In this document: one piece after another, positions 15,970 to 26,153 of the stretch
How positions within the stretch are numbered: the first letter of the stretch is position 1
How the letters are laid out: each line of letters begins with the position of its first letter
Origin: Nannocystaceae bacterium ST9
GTDB lineage: Bacteria; Myxococcota_A; Polyangia; Nannocystales; Nannocystaceae
Direction: 5' to 3'
Length of the DNA stretch: 64,000 nt
NCBI GenBank assembly: GCA_048320885.1
Contig: JBLWFJ010000001.1
Span: 1,349,642 to 1,413,641 of the forward strand
The notes under the pieces: generated by a model
The model's database searches: none
What the model was told of the DNA's origin: nothing
Seen by the model: the letters and a program-made list of their open reading frames with translations, nothing else
Made by a program: the position numbers and the translations under genes

Positions 15970-17682
15970 ATGCGACCCCTACTCACGATCTCTTCGTTAT
16001 CGACCCTCGCGCTCGGCCTCGGCCTCGCGCTCGCGCCCACGCCCGCCGACGCCTGCGGCGGGACCTTCTGCGACGGCGGCGGACCGACGGTGATGCCCGT
16101 CGATCAGACCGGCGAGAACATCCTGTTTTGGATCGATCACTCGGGCACGGAGCCGCACACCGAGGCGCACATTCAGATCCAGTACGAGGGCGAGGCGCAG
16201 GACTTCGCGTGGATCATCCCGGTCCAGCAGGTCCCCGAGGTCCTGGTCGGCAACCAGGCGCTCTTCGACAACCTGCTCGCCGCGACCGTCCCGACCTTCA
16301 CGATCACCACCACCAGCCAGACCTGCGACGACGGCTCGGTCGGGCTGTGTGCCGCGCGGGCCGAGGACAGCCAGTTCGCCGACGACGAGGCCGGTGACAT
16401 TGGCGGCGACGAAGGCGACACCGGCGACGGGACCGGCGGGCCCGAGATCCTCGATCGTGGGTTCGCGGGCGCCTTCGAGTACGTCGTGCTGACCGGCGAC
16501 TCCGTCCAGGAGATCGTCGACTGGCTCGACATGGCCGGCTACGCCCAGGACGACGACGCACCCCCGATCCTGCAAGAGTACCTCGACGACGACTTCGTGT
16601 TCGTCGCCGTCAAGCTGCGCGGCGGCGTCGACGTCGACGAGATCCATCCGCTCGCGATCCGCTACCCCGGCGTCGAGCCCTGCATCCCGATCAAGCTGAC
16701 CCGGATCGCCGCCGTCGACGACATGGCCATCCGCGCGTTCTTCCTCGGCGAGTCGCGGGCCGCCCCGATGAACTGGCCGCACGTGGTGCTCAACCCGGTC
16801 GCGTTCGATTGGGTCAACACCGCCAGCAACTACCTCGAGGTCGCCTCGCTGGCGATCGACGAGGCCGGCGGGCGAGCCTTCCTCACCGAGTACGCCGGCA
16901 TCGACGACATCGTCTCGACCAGCGGGGTCGACAGCCCGGCTTGGAACCCGAGCGCGTTCGAGGCGATCGAGCCGGTCGACGTCGTCGACGAGCTGACCAG
17001 CCAAGGCCTGGGCCTGACCTGCGACCCGTTCTCGAACGTGTGCAGCTTCGGCCACCCGCAGGTCGAGCCGCTGCTCGCCAAGTACCTGCCGGCCCCCGAT
17101 GGCGTGGACCCCTACGAATTCTGGGGCTCGCTCGCGTCCTACGAGGGCCTGATCGACCTCGCCGCCTGGTCGGGCACCGGCTTCGCCACCGACTTCGCCG
17201 AGCGGATCTCGACCCCGGGTCAGCACGCGATCGAGATGCTCGAGAGCGCCTCCTACCTGACCCGCCTGATGACCCTGCTCTCCCCGCACGAGATGATCGA
17301 GGACCCGACCTTCCACGAGACCGACTCGCTGCCCACGCTCGGCAACCAGTTCTCGGCCACGCGGACGATCGCCTGCGAGACCAACGACTGGGTCGACCTG
17401 CCCGACGAGCGCCAGGTCGCGCTGACCAACGGCAGCCTCTACCCCAGCATCGAGGGCATGCCCTTCGCCGAACGGATCGAGCAGATCCCGGCCATGGGCC
17501 CTGCCCAGATCACCACCGACAACCGCGCGACGATCGACGACCTGCTCGCCGACTGGAACGCCGGCAAGCTCTCGGGGCCCGAGCCCGGCTGCGCCGTCAC
17601 CCGCCTGCGGGCCGAGGCGCTGCTGACCATGCTCGCGCTGTTCGGGATCGCCGGGGCGACCCGCCGTCGGCGTCGGGGATGA
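15970..17682 (+). CDS. DUF2330-family secreted protein with MYXO-CTERM-like tail, paralog 2
   Basis: ORF trimmed to ATG 15970 (MRPLLTISSLSTLALGLGLALAPTPADACGGTFC). Collinear with paralog 1 along its whole length. Tail GCAVTRLRAEALLTMLALFGIAGATRRRRRG. Confidence 0.75.
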   Translation: MRPLLTISSLSTLALGLGLALAPTPADACGGTFCDGGGPTVMPVDQTGENILFWIDHSGTEPHTEAHIQIQYEGEAQDFAWIIPVQQVPEVLVGNQALFDNLLAATVPTFTITTTSQTCDDGSVGLCAARAEDSQFADDEAGDIGGDEGDTGDGTGGPEILDRGFAGAFEYVVLTGDSVQEIVDWLDMAGYAQDDDAPPILQEYLDDDFVFVAVKLRGGVDVDEIHPLAIRYPGVEPCIPIKLTRIAAVDDMAIRAFFLGESRAAPMNWPHVVLNPVAFDWVNTASNYLEVASLAIDEAGGRAFLTEYAGIDDIVSTSGVDSPAWNPSAFEAIEPVDVVDELTSQGLGLTCDPFSNVCSFGHPQVEPLLAKYLPAPDGVDPYEFWGSLASYEGLIDLAAWSGTGFATDFAERISTPGQHAIEMLESASYLTRLMTLLSPHEMIEDPTFHETDSLPTLGNQFSATRTIACETNDWVDLPDERQVALTNGSLYPSIEGMPFAERIEQIPAMGPAQITTDNRATIDDLLADWNAGKLSGPEPGCAVTRLRAEALLTMLALFGIAGATRRRRRG

Positions 17683-17815
17683 GCCGAGGGCTCTCCGCGG
17701 CGAGCCGCGGAGAGAGCGGCGTTCGCTATCCGTCGCCAGCGCCGTGTGAACGGGCTCTCGCACCTTCGCCGACGCCACTCCCGGACCGCCTCCAACTCCG
17801 ATAGCATCGTGCCGC

Positions 17816-18355
17816 ATGGTCCATCCGGTCCAGAGCGTGGTCGAGTCGCTCTACGCCGCCGGGCGCTGCCCACGGCTGCACGTCAACGCGACGTGCGAGG
17901 GCGTCGTGTGTCCCGACTTCATCCGCGAGCAGTGGCAGGAGCGTCTGATCATCGATCTCGACGCCACCTACCCGCTCGACCTCTCGTTCACCGACGAAGG
18001 CATCGGAGCCGACCTCTCGTTCGGCGGCTACGTGACCCGCTGCGCCTTCCCCTGGAAGGCGATCTACGTGGTCGCCGATCGTGCCACCGGCCGCGGGATC
18101 GTGCTCGACCAGAACATGCCCGAGTCGGTCCGCCGCAGCCGTCACCAGCCCGTGACCGGCCCGCTCCCGCCCGGCGCCGAGCTGCGGCCCGCGCCCGCGC
18201 CCGAGCCCGACATTCGTCCGGCTCGCGTGAAGCCGGCCCAGCCGATCGCCAAGCCCAGCGCCGTCCCGCAGAGCTCCGCGTCGAGCGGCTCCGGGCACGA
18301 AGGCGAGGCTCAGCGCCGCCGGGCCGCGTTCAAAGTCATCGACGGCGGAGGCTGA
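17816..18355 (+). CDS. SspB-like ClpXP adaptor (stringent starvation protein B family)
   Basis: Aligns by eye to E. coli SspB: P.LHVNAT.EGVVCP...LIIDL...LDLSF.DEGI.ADLSFGG....C.FPW.AIYVVADRATGRGIVL. A disordered Pro/Ala linker follows, then a short C-terminal tag, AAFKVIDGGG. Confidence 0.55.
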   Translation: MVHPVQSVVESLYAAGRCPRLHVNATCEGVVCPDFIREQWQERLIIDLDATYPLDLSFTDEGIGADLSFGGYVTRCAFPWKAIYVVADRATGRGIVLDQNMPESVRRSRHQPVTGPLPPGAELRPAPAPEPDIRPARVKPAQPIAKPSAVPQSSASSGSGHEGEAQRRRAAFKVIDGGG

Positions 18356-18358
18356 CGC

Positions 18359-18661
18359 GTGTCCTCGGGCAAGATCGCCGGGCTGATCGTGTCGGGGATC
18401 GCCGTGGCGATCTTCGTGTTTTGGTGGGTGATGGTCCGGGCTCCCAGCCCGCAGGCGATCTGCAAGCACAAGATCCAGCTCGTGCTGAACGAGGTGCCGC
18501 AAGATCAGCAGGTCGGGGCCGACGCGCTGATCATGCAGCTCGAGCTGCGCTGCGTCGAGGCGGCCGAGAAGAAGATCCAGTTTCGCGGCAAGCTCGTGTA
18601 CGCCGAGTATGCCCGCTGCGTCGCGGCGGCCCAGACCCTCGGCGAGGCCGAGCGCTGCTGA
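18359..18661 (+). CDS. small membrane-anchored protein (100 aa, 4 Cys)
   Basis: GTG start 3 nt after the upstream stop. TM IAGLIVSGIAVAIFVFWWVMV. G/C third positions are strong. No family recognised. Confidence 0.5.
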   Translation: MSSGKIAGLIVSGIAVAIFVFWWVMVRAPSPQAICKHKIQLVLNEVPQDQQVGADALIMQLELRCVEAAEKKIQFRGKLVYAEYARCVAAAQTLGEAERC

Positions 18662-18676
18662 GGCATCCTCTCCCGC

Positions 18677-19444
18677 GTGCCCTTCGCCCCTGCCCTGCTC
18701 GCCGCGACGCTCGCGGTGGTGTTCCTCGCCGCGCTGGTCCGCACGACCTGGGGCTTCGGTGACGCGGTCGTGGCGATCCCGCTGCTGAGCTTGCTGGTCA
18801 GCATGCAGGTCGCCTCGCCGATGCTGGTGATGGTCAGCATCGTGCTCTCGCTGCTGCTCTTGCGCCGAGGCATGAGCCTGCTCGACTTCGGCGTGATCGC
18901 CCGGCTCCTGCTCGGAGCGCTGGCCGGCATCCCGCTCGGGCTGCTCGTGCTGACCGACCTGCCCGAGTCGCTCGCGCGCAAGGGCCTGGGCGGCGTGCTG
19001 CTCGGGTTCGCGATCTGGTCGCTGATCCGCGCTCGCCGAGCGAAGCCCGCGCTCGCGCGCGAGCCCACGCCACCGCTCGCGCTGGCCAAGGCGCTCCCGC
19101 TCGACCTCGGGTTCGGCGTGCTGGTCGGCGCATGCAGTGCGGCCTTCGACATCTCCGGCCCGGTCTTGCTGATCCACGCGACCGCCCGGCGATGGACGCC
19201 CGAGCAGCTGCGCATGAACTTGCAGGCCGTGTTCCTGCCGCTCGGGTTGCTGACGATGACCGGCCACGCGCTCTCGGGCCTGTGGACGCGCGACGTGCTC
19301 CTGCTCGCGGCCTGGTGCCTGCCGGTGGTGATGCTCGCGCGAGTGTTCGGCGAGCGGCTGCGGGTCCGACTCGAAGGCCAGCGCGGGGTGGTCGTGCTCT
19401 ACCTGCTGATCTTCGCGCTCGGCGTGCTGATGCTCGCGGTCTGA
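18677..19444 (+). CDS. TauE/SafE (DUF81) family anion exporter
   Basis: 255 aa, 7-8 TM. N-terminal GFGDAVVAIPLL and second-half GACSAAFDISGPVLL repeat text typical of TauE/SafE. Confidence 0.8.
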   Translation: MPFAPALLAATLAVVFLAALVRTTWGFGDAVVAIPLLSLLVSMQVASPMLVMVSIVLSLLLLRRGMSLLDFGVIARLLLGALAGIPLGLLVLTDLPESLARKGLGGVLLGFAIWSLIRARRAKPALAREPTPPLALAKALPLDLGFGVLVGACSAAFDISGPVLLIHATARRWTPEQLRMNLQAVFLPLGLLTMTGHALSGLWTRDVLLLAAWCLPVVMLARVFGERLRVRLEGQRGVVVLYLLIFALGVLMLAV

Positions 19445-19547
19445 GCGGATCTTTATGCGTTCTTGATCCCCGCCGGCCCGCTTCCGCATGCCGGCCCGAC
19501 ACCGCGCCGCCCAGGCCCGACTACGCTGCGCGCCGGAGACCCTGGCC

Positions 19548-19688
19548 ATGCCCGAACTCGAAGTCGTGCTCGAGCGCCTCGTCGGCGTGATCGTGCTCGT
19601 GATGCTCGTGACGCTCGCCCTGCTCGCGACCGTGTCGATCGTCTGGACCCTGGCCAGCGACGATCACGAGCAAGACCGGCTCGGGTGA
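19548..19688 (+). CDS. 46-aa single-TM sORF upstream of the kinase gene
   Basis: Internal ATG of ORF 19488..19688: MPELEVVLERLVGVIVLVMLVTLALLATVSIVWTLASDDHEQDRLG. G/C third positions are strong. Ends 17 nt before the kinase ATG. Confidence 0.4.
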   Translation: MPELEVVLERLVGVIVLVMLVTLALLATVSIVWTLASDDHEQDRLG

Positions 19689-19705
19689 GCGAAGATGGTC
19701 GCGGC

Positions 19706-20821
19706 ATGCCGACGCGCACCCCCGCTCGCGTTCCGCTCGTGCTCGAGTTCGTGCTCGCGTTGGTGGTCGTCGCCGCGGTCAGCCTGGTCGCGCTGCTGCT
19801 CGAGCCCTTCCTCGCGCAGACCGACCACGTGATGCTCTACCTGCTCGGGGTGATCGCGGTCGCGTTCCGAGCCCGGCGTGGCCCGGCCTTGCTCGCCGCG
19901 GTCGCGAGCGTGGCGGCCTTCGACTTCCTGTTCGTCGAGCCGCGCTTCACCTTCGCGATCAGCGACACCCGCTACCTGCTGACCTTCGCGGTCATGGCGA
20001 CGATCGGCGTGGTCGTGGTCTCGCTGGTCGCCGAGGTCCGCAAGCAGGAGCGCGTCGCGTTCGAGCGCGAGGTCGCGGTTCAGGGCGAGCGGCTGCGCTC
20101 GGCCTTGCTGGCCTCGGTCTCGCACGATCTTCGCACGCCGCTCGGGGCGATCCTCGGGGCCGTGACCACGCTCGAGCAAGATCGCGAGAAGCTCGATCCC
20201 GGCGTGCAGACCAGCTTGCTGGCCAGCATCCACGACCAGACCGAGCACCTCAACCGACTGCTGCGCAACCTGCTGGAGATGACCCGGCTCGAGGGCGGCG
20301 CGGTCGTGCTCGCGCGCGAGCTGGCGGCGATCGAGGAGCCGATCGGCACGGTGCTGGCCTCGCTGACCCACCGGATCGGCGATCGGCGGATCGAGGTCGA
20401 GCTCGACGCGGTCGAGGGGCCGCTCTTCGCGACCTTCGATCCGATCGCGGTCGAGCTCGTGCTCAGCAACCTGATCGAGAACGCGCTGCGCTACGGCGGC
20501 GATCCGATCGAGATTCGAGCGGCGCGCGAGGGCGATGCGATCGCCGTGCGCGTGCTCGACCGTGGGCCCGGGCTCGATGAACACACGCTCGCCCACGCGT
20601 TCGAGAAGTTTCAGCGCGGGCTGGTCGGCGAGCGCAAGGGCGGCCCGGGCTCGGGCGGCGCCGGGCTCGGGCTGGCGATCGTCCGCAGCCTGGTCGAGGC
20701 CAGCGGCGGGCGCGTGTGGGCCCGCAACCGCGACGACGGACGGGGAGCCGAATTCGGGTTCACGCTCCCGCGCGCCGAGCTGCCGATCTTGCCCGAGGGG
20801 CTCCCGGAGGACTCGCCATGA
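19706..20821 (+). CDS. kdpD: KdpD-type histidine kinase lacking the N-terminal sensor domains (TM/DUF4118-like + HisKA + HATPase)
   Basis: ORF 19463..20821 trimmed to ATG 19706. Four TM helices (DHVMLYLLGVIAVAF...), H-box SVSHDLRTPL, N/G boxes NLIENALRY and GGAGLGLAIV. ATGA overlap with kdpE. Confidence 0.8.
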   Translation: MPTRTPARVPLVLEFVLALVVVAAVSLVALLLEPFLAQTDHVMLYLLGVIAVAFRARRGPALLAAVASVAAFDFLFVEPRFTFAISDTRYLLTFAVMATIGVVVVSLVAEVRKQERVAFEREVAVQGERLRSALLASVSHDLRTPLGAILGAVTTLEQDREKLDPGVQTSLLASIHDQTEHLNRLLRNLLEMTRLEGGAVVLARELAAIEEPIGTVLASLTHRIGDRRIEVELDAVEGPLFATFDPIAVELVLSNLIENALRYGGDPIEIRAAREGDAIAVRVLDRGPGLDEHTLAHAFEKFQRGLVGERKGGPGSGGAGLGLAIVRSLVEASGGRVWARNRDDGRGAEFGFTLPRAELPILPEGLPEDSP

Positions 20822-21519
20822 CCGAGCTGCGCCCGACCATCCTGGTCGTCGAAGACGAGCCGCAGATGCGCCGCTTCCTGCGGGCGCTGATCGGCAGCCA
20901 CGGCTACGCGCTGGTCGAGGCCGAGACCGGCCGCGAGGCGCTCGCGCTGGCGGCCAGCCATCGCCCCGATCTGATCGTGCTCGACCTCGGCCTGCCCGAC
21001 GTCGACGGGCTCGAGCTGGTCGGCAACCTGCGCGGCTGGACGCAGACGCCGATCATCGTGGTCTCGGCGCGCGGGCAAGAGCAAGACAAGGTCCGCGCGC
21101 TCGATCTCGGCGCCGACGACTACCTGACCAAGCCGTTCGGATCGCACGAGCTGCTCGCCCGGATCCGCGTGGCCCTGCGCCACGCCGCCCACGTCGGCGA
21201 GCAGGACGGCCCGGTGTTTCGCTCGCACGGCCTGATGGTCGACCTCGCGGCCCGCCGAGTCGCGCGCGGCGACGACGAGGTCCACCTGACCCCGCTCGAG
21301 TACAAGCTGCTGACCACGATGATCGAGCACGCCGGCAAGGTGCTCACGCATCGCCAGCTGCTCGAGCGCGTGTGGGGGCCCGCGCACGCCGACGACACCC
21401 AATACCTGCGCGTCTACATGGCCCAGCTGCGCCGCAAGATCGAGGCCGATCCGGCCCGGCCGCGGCTGCTCAAGACCGAGACCGGCGTCGGCTATCGGCT
21501 CGAGGTCGACGAGGGTTGA
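20818..21519 (+). CDS. kdpE: OmpR-family response regulator KdpE
   Basis: ATG 20818. REC domain (ILVVEDEP...LIVLDLGLPDVDG...TKPF) plus winged helix (LTPLEYKLLTTMIEHAGKVLTHRQLL...GVGYRL). Lies next to kdpFABC. Confidence 0.85.
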   Translation: MTELRPTILVVEDEPQMRRFLRALIGSHGYALVEAETGREALALAASHRPDLIVLDLGLPDVDGLELVGNLRGWTQTPIIVVSARGQEQDKVRALDLGADDYLTKPFGSHELLARIRVALRHAAHVGEQDGPVFRSHGLMVDLAARRVARGDDEVHLTPLEYKLLTTMIEHAGKVLTHRQLLERVWGPAHADDTQYLRVYMAQLRRKIEADPARPRLLKTETGVGYRLEVDEG

Positions 21520-21620
21520 GGCTTGCAACTCGCACGATCGCGATCACTGGGGCTCGCGATTCGCAGGGCCTCGCGAACCCGCATCGGCGCGAGACCCAGA
21601 CCCAGCCAGCCGAGCCGCGC

Positions 21621-21636
21621 TGGCACGAGCGATGCA
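21621..21636 (+). promoter_or_regulatory. sigma-54-type promoter upstream of kdpF-kdpABC
   Basis: TGGCACG-AGCG-ATGCA versus the consensus TGGCACG-N4-TTGCW (one mismatch, exact GG/GC spacing). Lies in the 230-bp gap after kdpE. Predicted start near 21647. Confidence 0.45.
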
Positions 21637-21649
21637 CGGCGAGCGGGGC

Positions 21650-21754
21650 ATGCAGATCCTCGTGTTTCTCGCCATCGGCTGGGTCGCCTACGCGGCTTGC
21701 CTGGCCATCCTGCCCGCGATCGATCGCGTCGTTCATGAAGGAGTCGGGCGATGA
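21650..21754 (+). CDS. 34-aa hydrophobic sORF immediately upstream of kdpF
   Basis: MQILVFLAIGWVAYAACLAILPAIDRVVHEGVGR. G/C third positions over the first ~27 codons. Its stop overlaps the kdpF ATG (ATGA). Too short for the ORF track. Confidence 0.25.
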   Translation: MQILVFLAIGWVAYAACLAILPAIDRVVHEGVGR

Positions 21755-21831
21755 CCTGGATCTCCGCCGTGTGTGCCGGGCTGGCGTTCGGCTACCTGCT
21801 CTTCGCGATCTTGCGGCCCGAACGATTCTGA
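21751..21831 (+). CDS. kdpF: K+-transporting ATPase subunit F
   Basis: 26 aa: MTWISAVCAGLAFGYLLFAILRPERF. The C-terminal YLL.A.LRPE(R/K)F is the KdpF signature. GAAGGAG SD upstream. 13 nt before kdpA. Confidence 0.75.
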   Translation: MTWISAVCAGLAFGYLLFAILRPERF

Positions 21832-21844
21832 ACCGGAGACCACC

Positions 21845-23515
21845 GTGCACGACCTCGTCTACGCCTTCGCGCTGCTCGCCGCAGCGCTCGCGCTGTCCTG
21901 GCCGCTCGGGCGAGCCATGGCCGCCATCGCCCAACCTCCACGCAGCCAGCCCGACCGGCTCGATCGCGCGATCGTCCGGGTGCTCGGACCGGCCGCGATC
22001 GCCGAGCAGACCTGGAAGAGCTACGCGCTCGCGCTGCTCGGGTTCAACGCGCTGATGTTCACGATCACCTACGCGATCTTGATCTTGCAGGGCTCGCTGC
22101 CGCTCAACCCGGCCGGCAAACCCGGGCTCGAGCCCTCGCTGGCGTTCAACACCGCGATGTCGTTCGCGACCAACACCAACTTGCAGCACTACTCCGGCGA
22201 GGTCGCGCTGTCCTACTTCTCGCAGCTGTTCGGGCTGACCTGGCTGCAGTTCGTGTCGGCCGCGACCGGCATCGCGGCGTTGGCCGCCATCGCGCGAATG
22301 CTCGGTCCGAGCGGCGCCGTCGGCAACTATGCCCGCGATCTGATCCGCTTCACCCTGCTGATCCTGCTGCCGCTCGCGCTGGTCGTCGGCGCCACGCTGA
22401 TCGTCGCCGGCACACCGATGACCTTCGCCGGGCCGGTCGAGCTGACCACGCTCGAGGGCGACTCGCAGACGATCGCTCGCGGACCGGTCGCGGCGATGGT
22501 CGCGATCAAGCAGCTCGGGACCAACGGCGGCGGCTACTTCGGCCCCAACAGCACGCACCCGCTCGAGAGCCCGAGCTTCTTCACCTGCTCGCTCGAGAAC
22601 CTGTCGATCCTCGTGGTCTCGATGGCCTGCCTGTGGATGTTCGGCCGACTGATCGGGCGGATGCGCGACGCCTGGCTGCTCTTCGCGGTCATGGCCGCGC
22701 TCTTCGTGGCCATGGTGATCCCGGCCGTGCTGCTCGAGGCCCAGCCCAACCCCGGCCTCGCCGATCTGCCGATCGTCGAAGCCCGCGGCAACCTCGAGGG
22801 CAAGGAGCTGCGCTTCGGCAGCGCGGCCGGCCCGGTCTGGGCGGTGACGACGACCGCGACCAGCAACGGCTCGGTCGCGGCCATGCACGACAGCCTCAAC
22901 CCGCTGACCGGGCTGCTGCCGATGATCGGCATGTGGCTCAACGTCAGCTACGGCGGCGTCGGGGTCGGGCTGATCGGCATGCTGCTCTACGTGGTCGTCG
23001 CGGTGTTCATCGCCGGGCTGATGGTCGGGCGCACGCCCGAGTATCTCGGGCGCAAGGTCGAGGTCCGCGAGATGAAGCTGGCCGCGCTGGCCTTGCTGCT
23101 GCATCCCTTGCTGATCCTCGGTGGCACCGCATTGTTCGTGGCCACGCCCCTCGGGACCGAGACCATGTCCAACCCGGGCAGCCACGGGTTCTCGCAGGTG
23201 CTCTACGAGATGAGCTCGGCCGCGGCCAACAACGGCTCGGGCTTCGAGGGCCTGGCCGACAACACCACGCCCTGGAACCTGATCACCGGGCTGTGGATGT
23301 TCCTCGGTCGCTACCTGCCGATCGTGCTGCCGCTTTCGATCGCGGCCTCGCTCGCCCGCAAGCAACGCGTACCCGAGAGCGCCGGCACGCTGCGAACCGA
23401 CTCGCCGACCTTCGCGCTGGTCCTGCTCGGCTGCGTGGTCCTGCTCGGCGCGCTGCTCTTTCTTCCCGCCGCCGTGCTCGGCCCGATCGCCGAACACCTG
23501 GAGATGACCCGATGA
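21845..23515 (+). CDS. kdpA: K+-transporting ATPase subunit A
   Basis: ORF 21773..23515 trimmed to GTG 21845 (556 aa). Texts [36 protein letters not shown]. Polytopic. Confidence 0.9.
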   Translation: MHDLVYAFALLAAALALSWPLGRAMAAIAQPPRSQPDRLDRAIVRVLGPAAIAEQTWKSYALALLGFNALMFTITYAILILQGSLPLNPAGKPGLEPSLAFNTAMSFATNTNLQHYSGEVALSYFSQLFGLTWLQFVSAATGIAALAAIARMLGPSGAVGNYARDLIRFTLLILLPLALVVGATLIVAGTPMTFAGPVELTTLEGDSQTIARGPVAAMVAIKQLGTNGGGYFGPNSTHPLESPSFFTCSLENLSILVVSMACLWMFGRLIGRMRDAWLLFAVMAALFVAMVIPAVLLEAQPNPGLADLPIVEARGNLEGKELRFGSAAGPVWAVTTTATSNGSVAAMHDSLNPLTGLLPMIGMWLNVSYGGVGVGLIGMLLYVVVAVFIAGLMVGRTPEYLGRKVEVREMKLAALALLLHPLLILGGTALFVATPLGTETMSNPGSHGFSQVLYEMSSAAANNGSGFEGLADNTTPWNLITGLWMFLGRYLPIVLPLSIAASLARKQRVPESAGTLRTDSPTFALVLLGCVVLLGALLFLPAAVLGPIAEHLEMTR

Positions 23516-25572
23516 ACGAACCCATCACGCGGCGAGCGAAGACTCGCTCGTTGGTCACGCCCGAGCTGGCCCGCGCCGCGCTGCGCGAGTCGGTGATCAT
23601 GCTCGACCCCCGACGAATGGCCCGCAACCCGGTGATGTTCGTGACCGAGGTCGGGGCCCTGCTGAGCACGATCGCGGCCGCGCTCGCGCTCGGCTCGGGC
23701 GACGCCGGCTTCCCGATCACGATCTCGATCGTGCTGTGGCTGACGGTGCTGTTCGCCAACTTCGCCGAGGCGCTGGCCGAGGCGCGCGGCAAGGCGCAGA
23801 CCCAGGCGCTGCGAGCCACTCGCACGCAGACCGAGGCTCGTCGGCGGCGCGACGACGGCACGATCGAGTCGGTCGGGTCGACCGAGCTGCGCAAGGGCGA
23901 CGTGATCGTCGTCGCGCTCGGCGAGCTGATCGCCGCCGACGGCGAGATCATCGAGGGCGTGGCCAGCATCGACGAGTCGGCGATCACCGGCGAGTCGGCG
24001 CCGGTCGTGCGCGAGGCCGGAGGTGATCGCTCGGGCGTGACCGGAGGCACCCGCGTGCTCTCGGACTCGATCGTCGTGCAGGTCACCGCCGCGCCCGGCG
24101 ACTCGTTCCTCGATCGAATGATCGCGCTGGTCGAGGGCGCGCAGCGGCAAAAGACGCCCAACGAGATCGCCCTGACCGTCACGCTCGCCGGGCTCACGCT
24201 GGCGTTCTTGCTGGTCACGGTCTCGCTGGTCCCGATGGCCGCCTACTTCGACGCGACCATCGACATCCCGACCGCGGTCTCCCTGCTGGTCTGCCTGATC
24301 CCGACCACGATCGGCGGGCTGCTGGCGGCGATCGGGCTGGCCGGCATGGATCGGGCGTTGGCCGCCAACGTGCTGGCCAAGTCGGGCAAGGCGGTCGAGC
24401 TGGCCGGCGACATCGACACGGTCCTGCTCGACAAGACCGGCACGATCACCCGCGGTAACCGGCAAGCCACGCATCTGTATGCGGCCGGGACCTTCGAGGA
24501 GCGCGAGCTGGCCGAGGCCGCCATGTTGGCCTCGCTCGCCGACACGACCCCGGAGGGCCGCTCGATCGTCGGGCTCGGCGAGGGCCTGCTCGGGCGGCGG
24601 CCGAGCGAGCCGCTCGGGGCCAAGCCGATCAGCTTCTCGGCCCAGACCCGGCTCAGCGGGATCGACCTCGCCGAGGGCACGAGCATCCGCAAGGGCTCGG
24701 TCGACGCGATCGCCAAGTGGTTGATCGAGCATGGCAGCTCGCTGCCCGACGCGGTCCGCACGATGACCGAGGCGATCGGCCGCGAGGGCGCGACCCCGCT
24801 GGTCGTCGTGAGGGCGCGACCCGGCCAGGCCGCGCACACGCTCGGCGTGGTCCAGCTGACCGACGTGCTCAAGCCCGGGATCGCGGCTCGGCTCGCCCGC
24901 CTGCGCGCGATGGGCCTGCGCGTGGTCATGGTCACCGGCGACAACCCGCTGACCGCCAAGGCGATCGCCGGCAAGGCCGGGGTCGACGACTTCATCGCCG
25001 AGGCCACGCCCGAGGACAAGCTGGCCTACATCCGCCGCGAGCAGGCCGAGGGCCGGCTGATCGCGATGATGGGCGACGGGACCAACGACGCGCCCGCGCT
25101 CGCCCAGGCCGACATCGGCGTGGCCATGAACTCGGGCACCCAGGCGGCCAAGGAGGCCGGCAACATGGTCGATCTCGACAGCGATCCGACCAAGCTGATC
25201 GAGGTGGTCGAGATCGGCAAGCAGCTGTTGATGACCCGCGGCGCGCTGACGACCTTCTCGATCGCCAACGACGTCGCCAAGTACTTCGCGATCGTGCCGG
25301 CGCTCTTCGTCGCCGCGCTGCCGCAGCTGGCCGCGCTCGACGTGATGGCCCTCGGCTCGCCGCGCAGCGCGATCTTGTCGGCGGTGCTCTTCAACGCCAT
25401 CGTGATCCCGCTGCTGGTGCCGATCGCCCTGCGGGGCGTTCGCTACCGGCCCGAGGGCGCCGACAAGCTGCTGCGCCGCAACTTGCTGATCTACGGGCTC
25501 GGCGGGGTCGCGGCGCCCTTCGTCGGGATCAAGCTCTTCGACCTCGCGCTCGCGCTGATCGGGATGCCATGA
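23512..25572 (+). CDS. kdpB: K+-transporting P-type ATPase subunit B
   Basis: ATGA overlap with kdpA. Motifs [55 protein letters not shown]. 686 aa, in frame with the tail of ORF 22633..25572. Confidence 0.95.
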   Translation: MNEPITRRAKTRSLVTPELARAALRESVIMLDPRRMARNPVMFVTEVGALLSTIAAALALGSGDAGFPITISIVLWLTVLFANFAEALAEARGKAQTQALRATRTQTEARRRRDDGTIESVGSTELRKGDVIVVALGELIAADGEIIEGVASIDESAITGESAPVVREAGGDRSGVTGGTRVLSDSIVVQVTAAPGDSFLDRMIALVEGAQRQKTPNEIALTVTLAGLTLAFLLVTVSLVPMAAYFDATIDIPTAVSLLVCLIPTTIGGLLAAIGLAGMDRALAANVLAKSGKAVELAGDIDTVLLDKTGTITRGNRQATHLYAAGTFEERELAEAAMLASLADTTPEGRSIVGLGEGLLGRRPSEPLGAKPISFSAQTRLSGIDLAEGTSIRKGSVDAIAKWLIEHGSSLPDAVRTMTEAIGREGATPLVVVRARPGQAAHTLGVVQLTDVLKPGIAARLARLRAMGLRVVMVTGDNPLTAKAIAGKAGVDDFIAEATPEDKLAYIRREQAEGRLIAMMGDGTNDAPALAQADIGVAMNSGTQAAKEAGNMVDLDSDPTKLIEVVEIGKQLLMTRGALTTFSIANDVAKYFAIVPALFVAALPQLAALDVMALGSPRSAILSAVLFNAIVIPLLVPIALRGVRYRPEGADKLLRRNLLIYGLGGVAAPFVGIKLFDLALALIGMP

Positions 25573-26153
25573 CCAGCTTCACGTCCACGCTTCGAATCCT
25601 CTCGGGTCTCACGCTCGGCACGCTCGCGCTGGTCGGCGCCTACGCGCTGATCTTGCTCGGCGTCGGGCTCGGCCTCGCGCCGGCGGCCGCCGAGGGCTCG
25701 CTGATCCGCGGGCCCGAAGGCGAGCTCGTCGGCAGTCGCCTGGTCGGCCAGTCGTTCACCGAGCCCGGCTACCTGTGGCCGCGGCCCTCGGCGGTCGACC
25801 ACGCCGCGGACGCGGCCGGCGGCAGCAACCTCGCGGCCAGCAACCCGGCCCTGCGCGAGCGAGTGCTCGCCGACCTCGCTCGCCATGCGGCCAGCGACGA
25901 GCGACCGATCCCCGCCGATCTCGTGACCGCGTCGGGCTCGGGCCTCGACCCCGACATCACGCTGGCCGGCGCGCTCTACCAGGCCCCGCGGATCGCCGCC
26001 GCACGCCGGGTCGATCGCCACGAGATCGAAGAGCGGCTGCGCTCGCTCGCCCACACGCCCAACCCCTGGTCGCCGCCGCTGATCAACGTGCTCGAGACCA
26101 ACCTCGAGCTCGATCGCACCTTCGGCGCGCTCCCGACGAGGCCGGCGGAATGA
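25569..26153 (+). CDS. kdpC: K+-transporting ATPase subunit C
   Basis: ATGA overlap with kdpB. One N-terminal TM, texts GSRLVGQSF and [12 protein letters not shown]. 194 aa. Confidence 0.9.
   Translation: MTSFTSTLRILSGLTLGTLALVGAYALILLGVGLGLAPAAAEGSLIRGPEGELVGSRLVGQSFTEPGYLWPRPSAVDHAADAAGGSNLAASNPALRERVLADLARHAASDERPIPADLVTASGSGLDPDITLAGALYQAPRIAAARRVDRHEIEERLRSLAHTPNPWSPPLINVLETNLELDRTFGALPTRPAE

Noticed and set aside
15955-15970. AGGCACGGCCCTGCCA upstream of the second DUF2330 gene as a sigma-54 promoter.
   Set aside because: The GG-to-GC spacing is one nucleotide short of the invariant spacing, and it overlaps the start codon.
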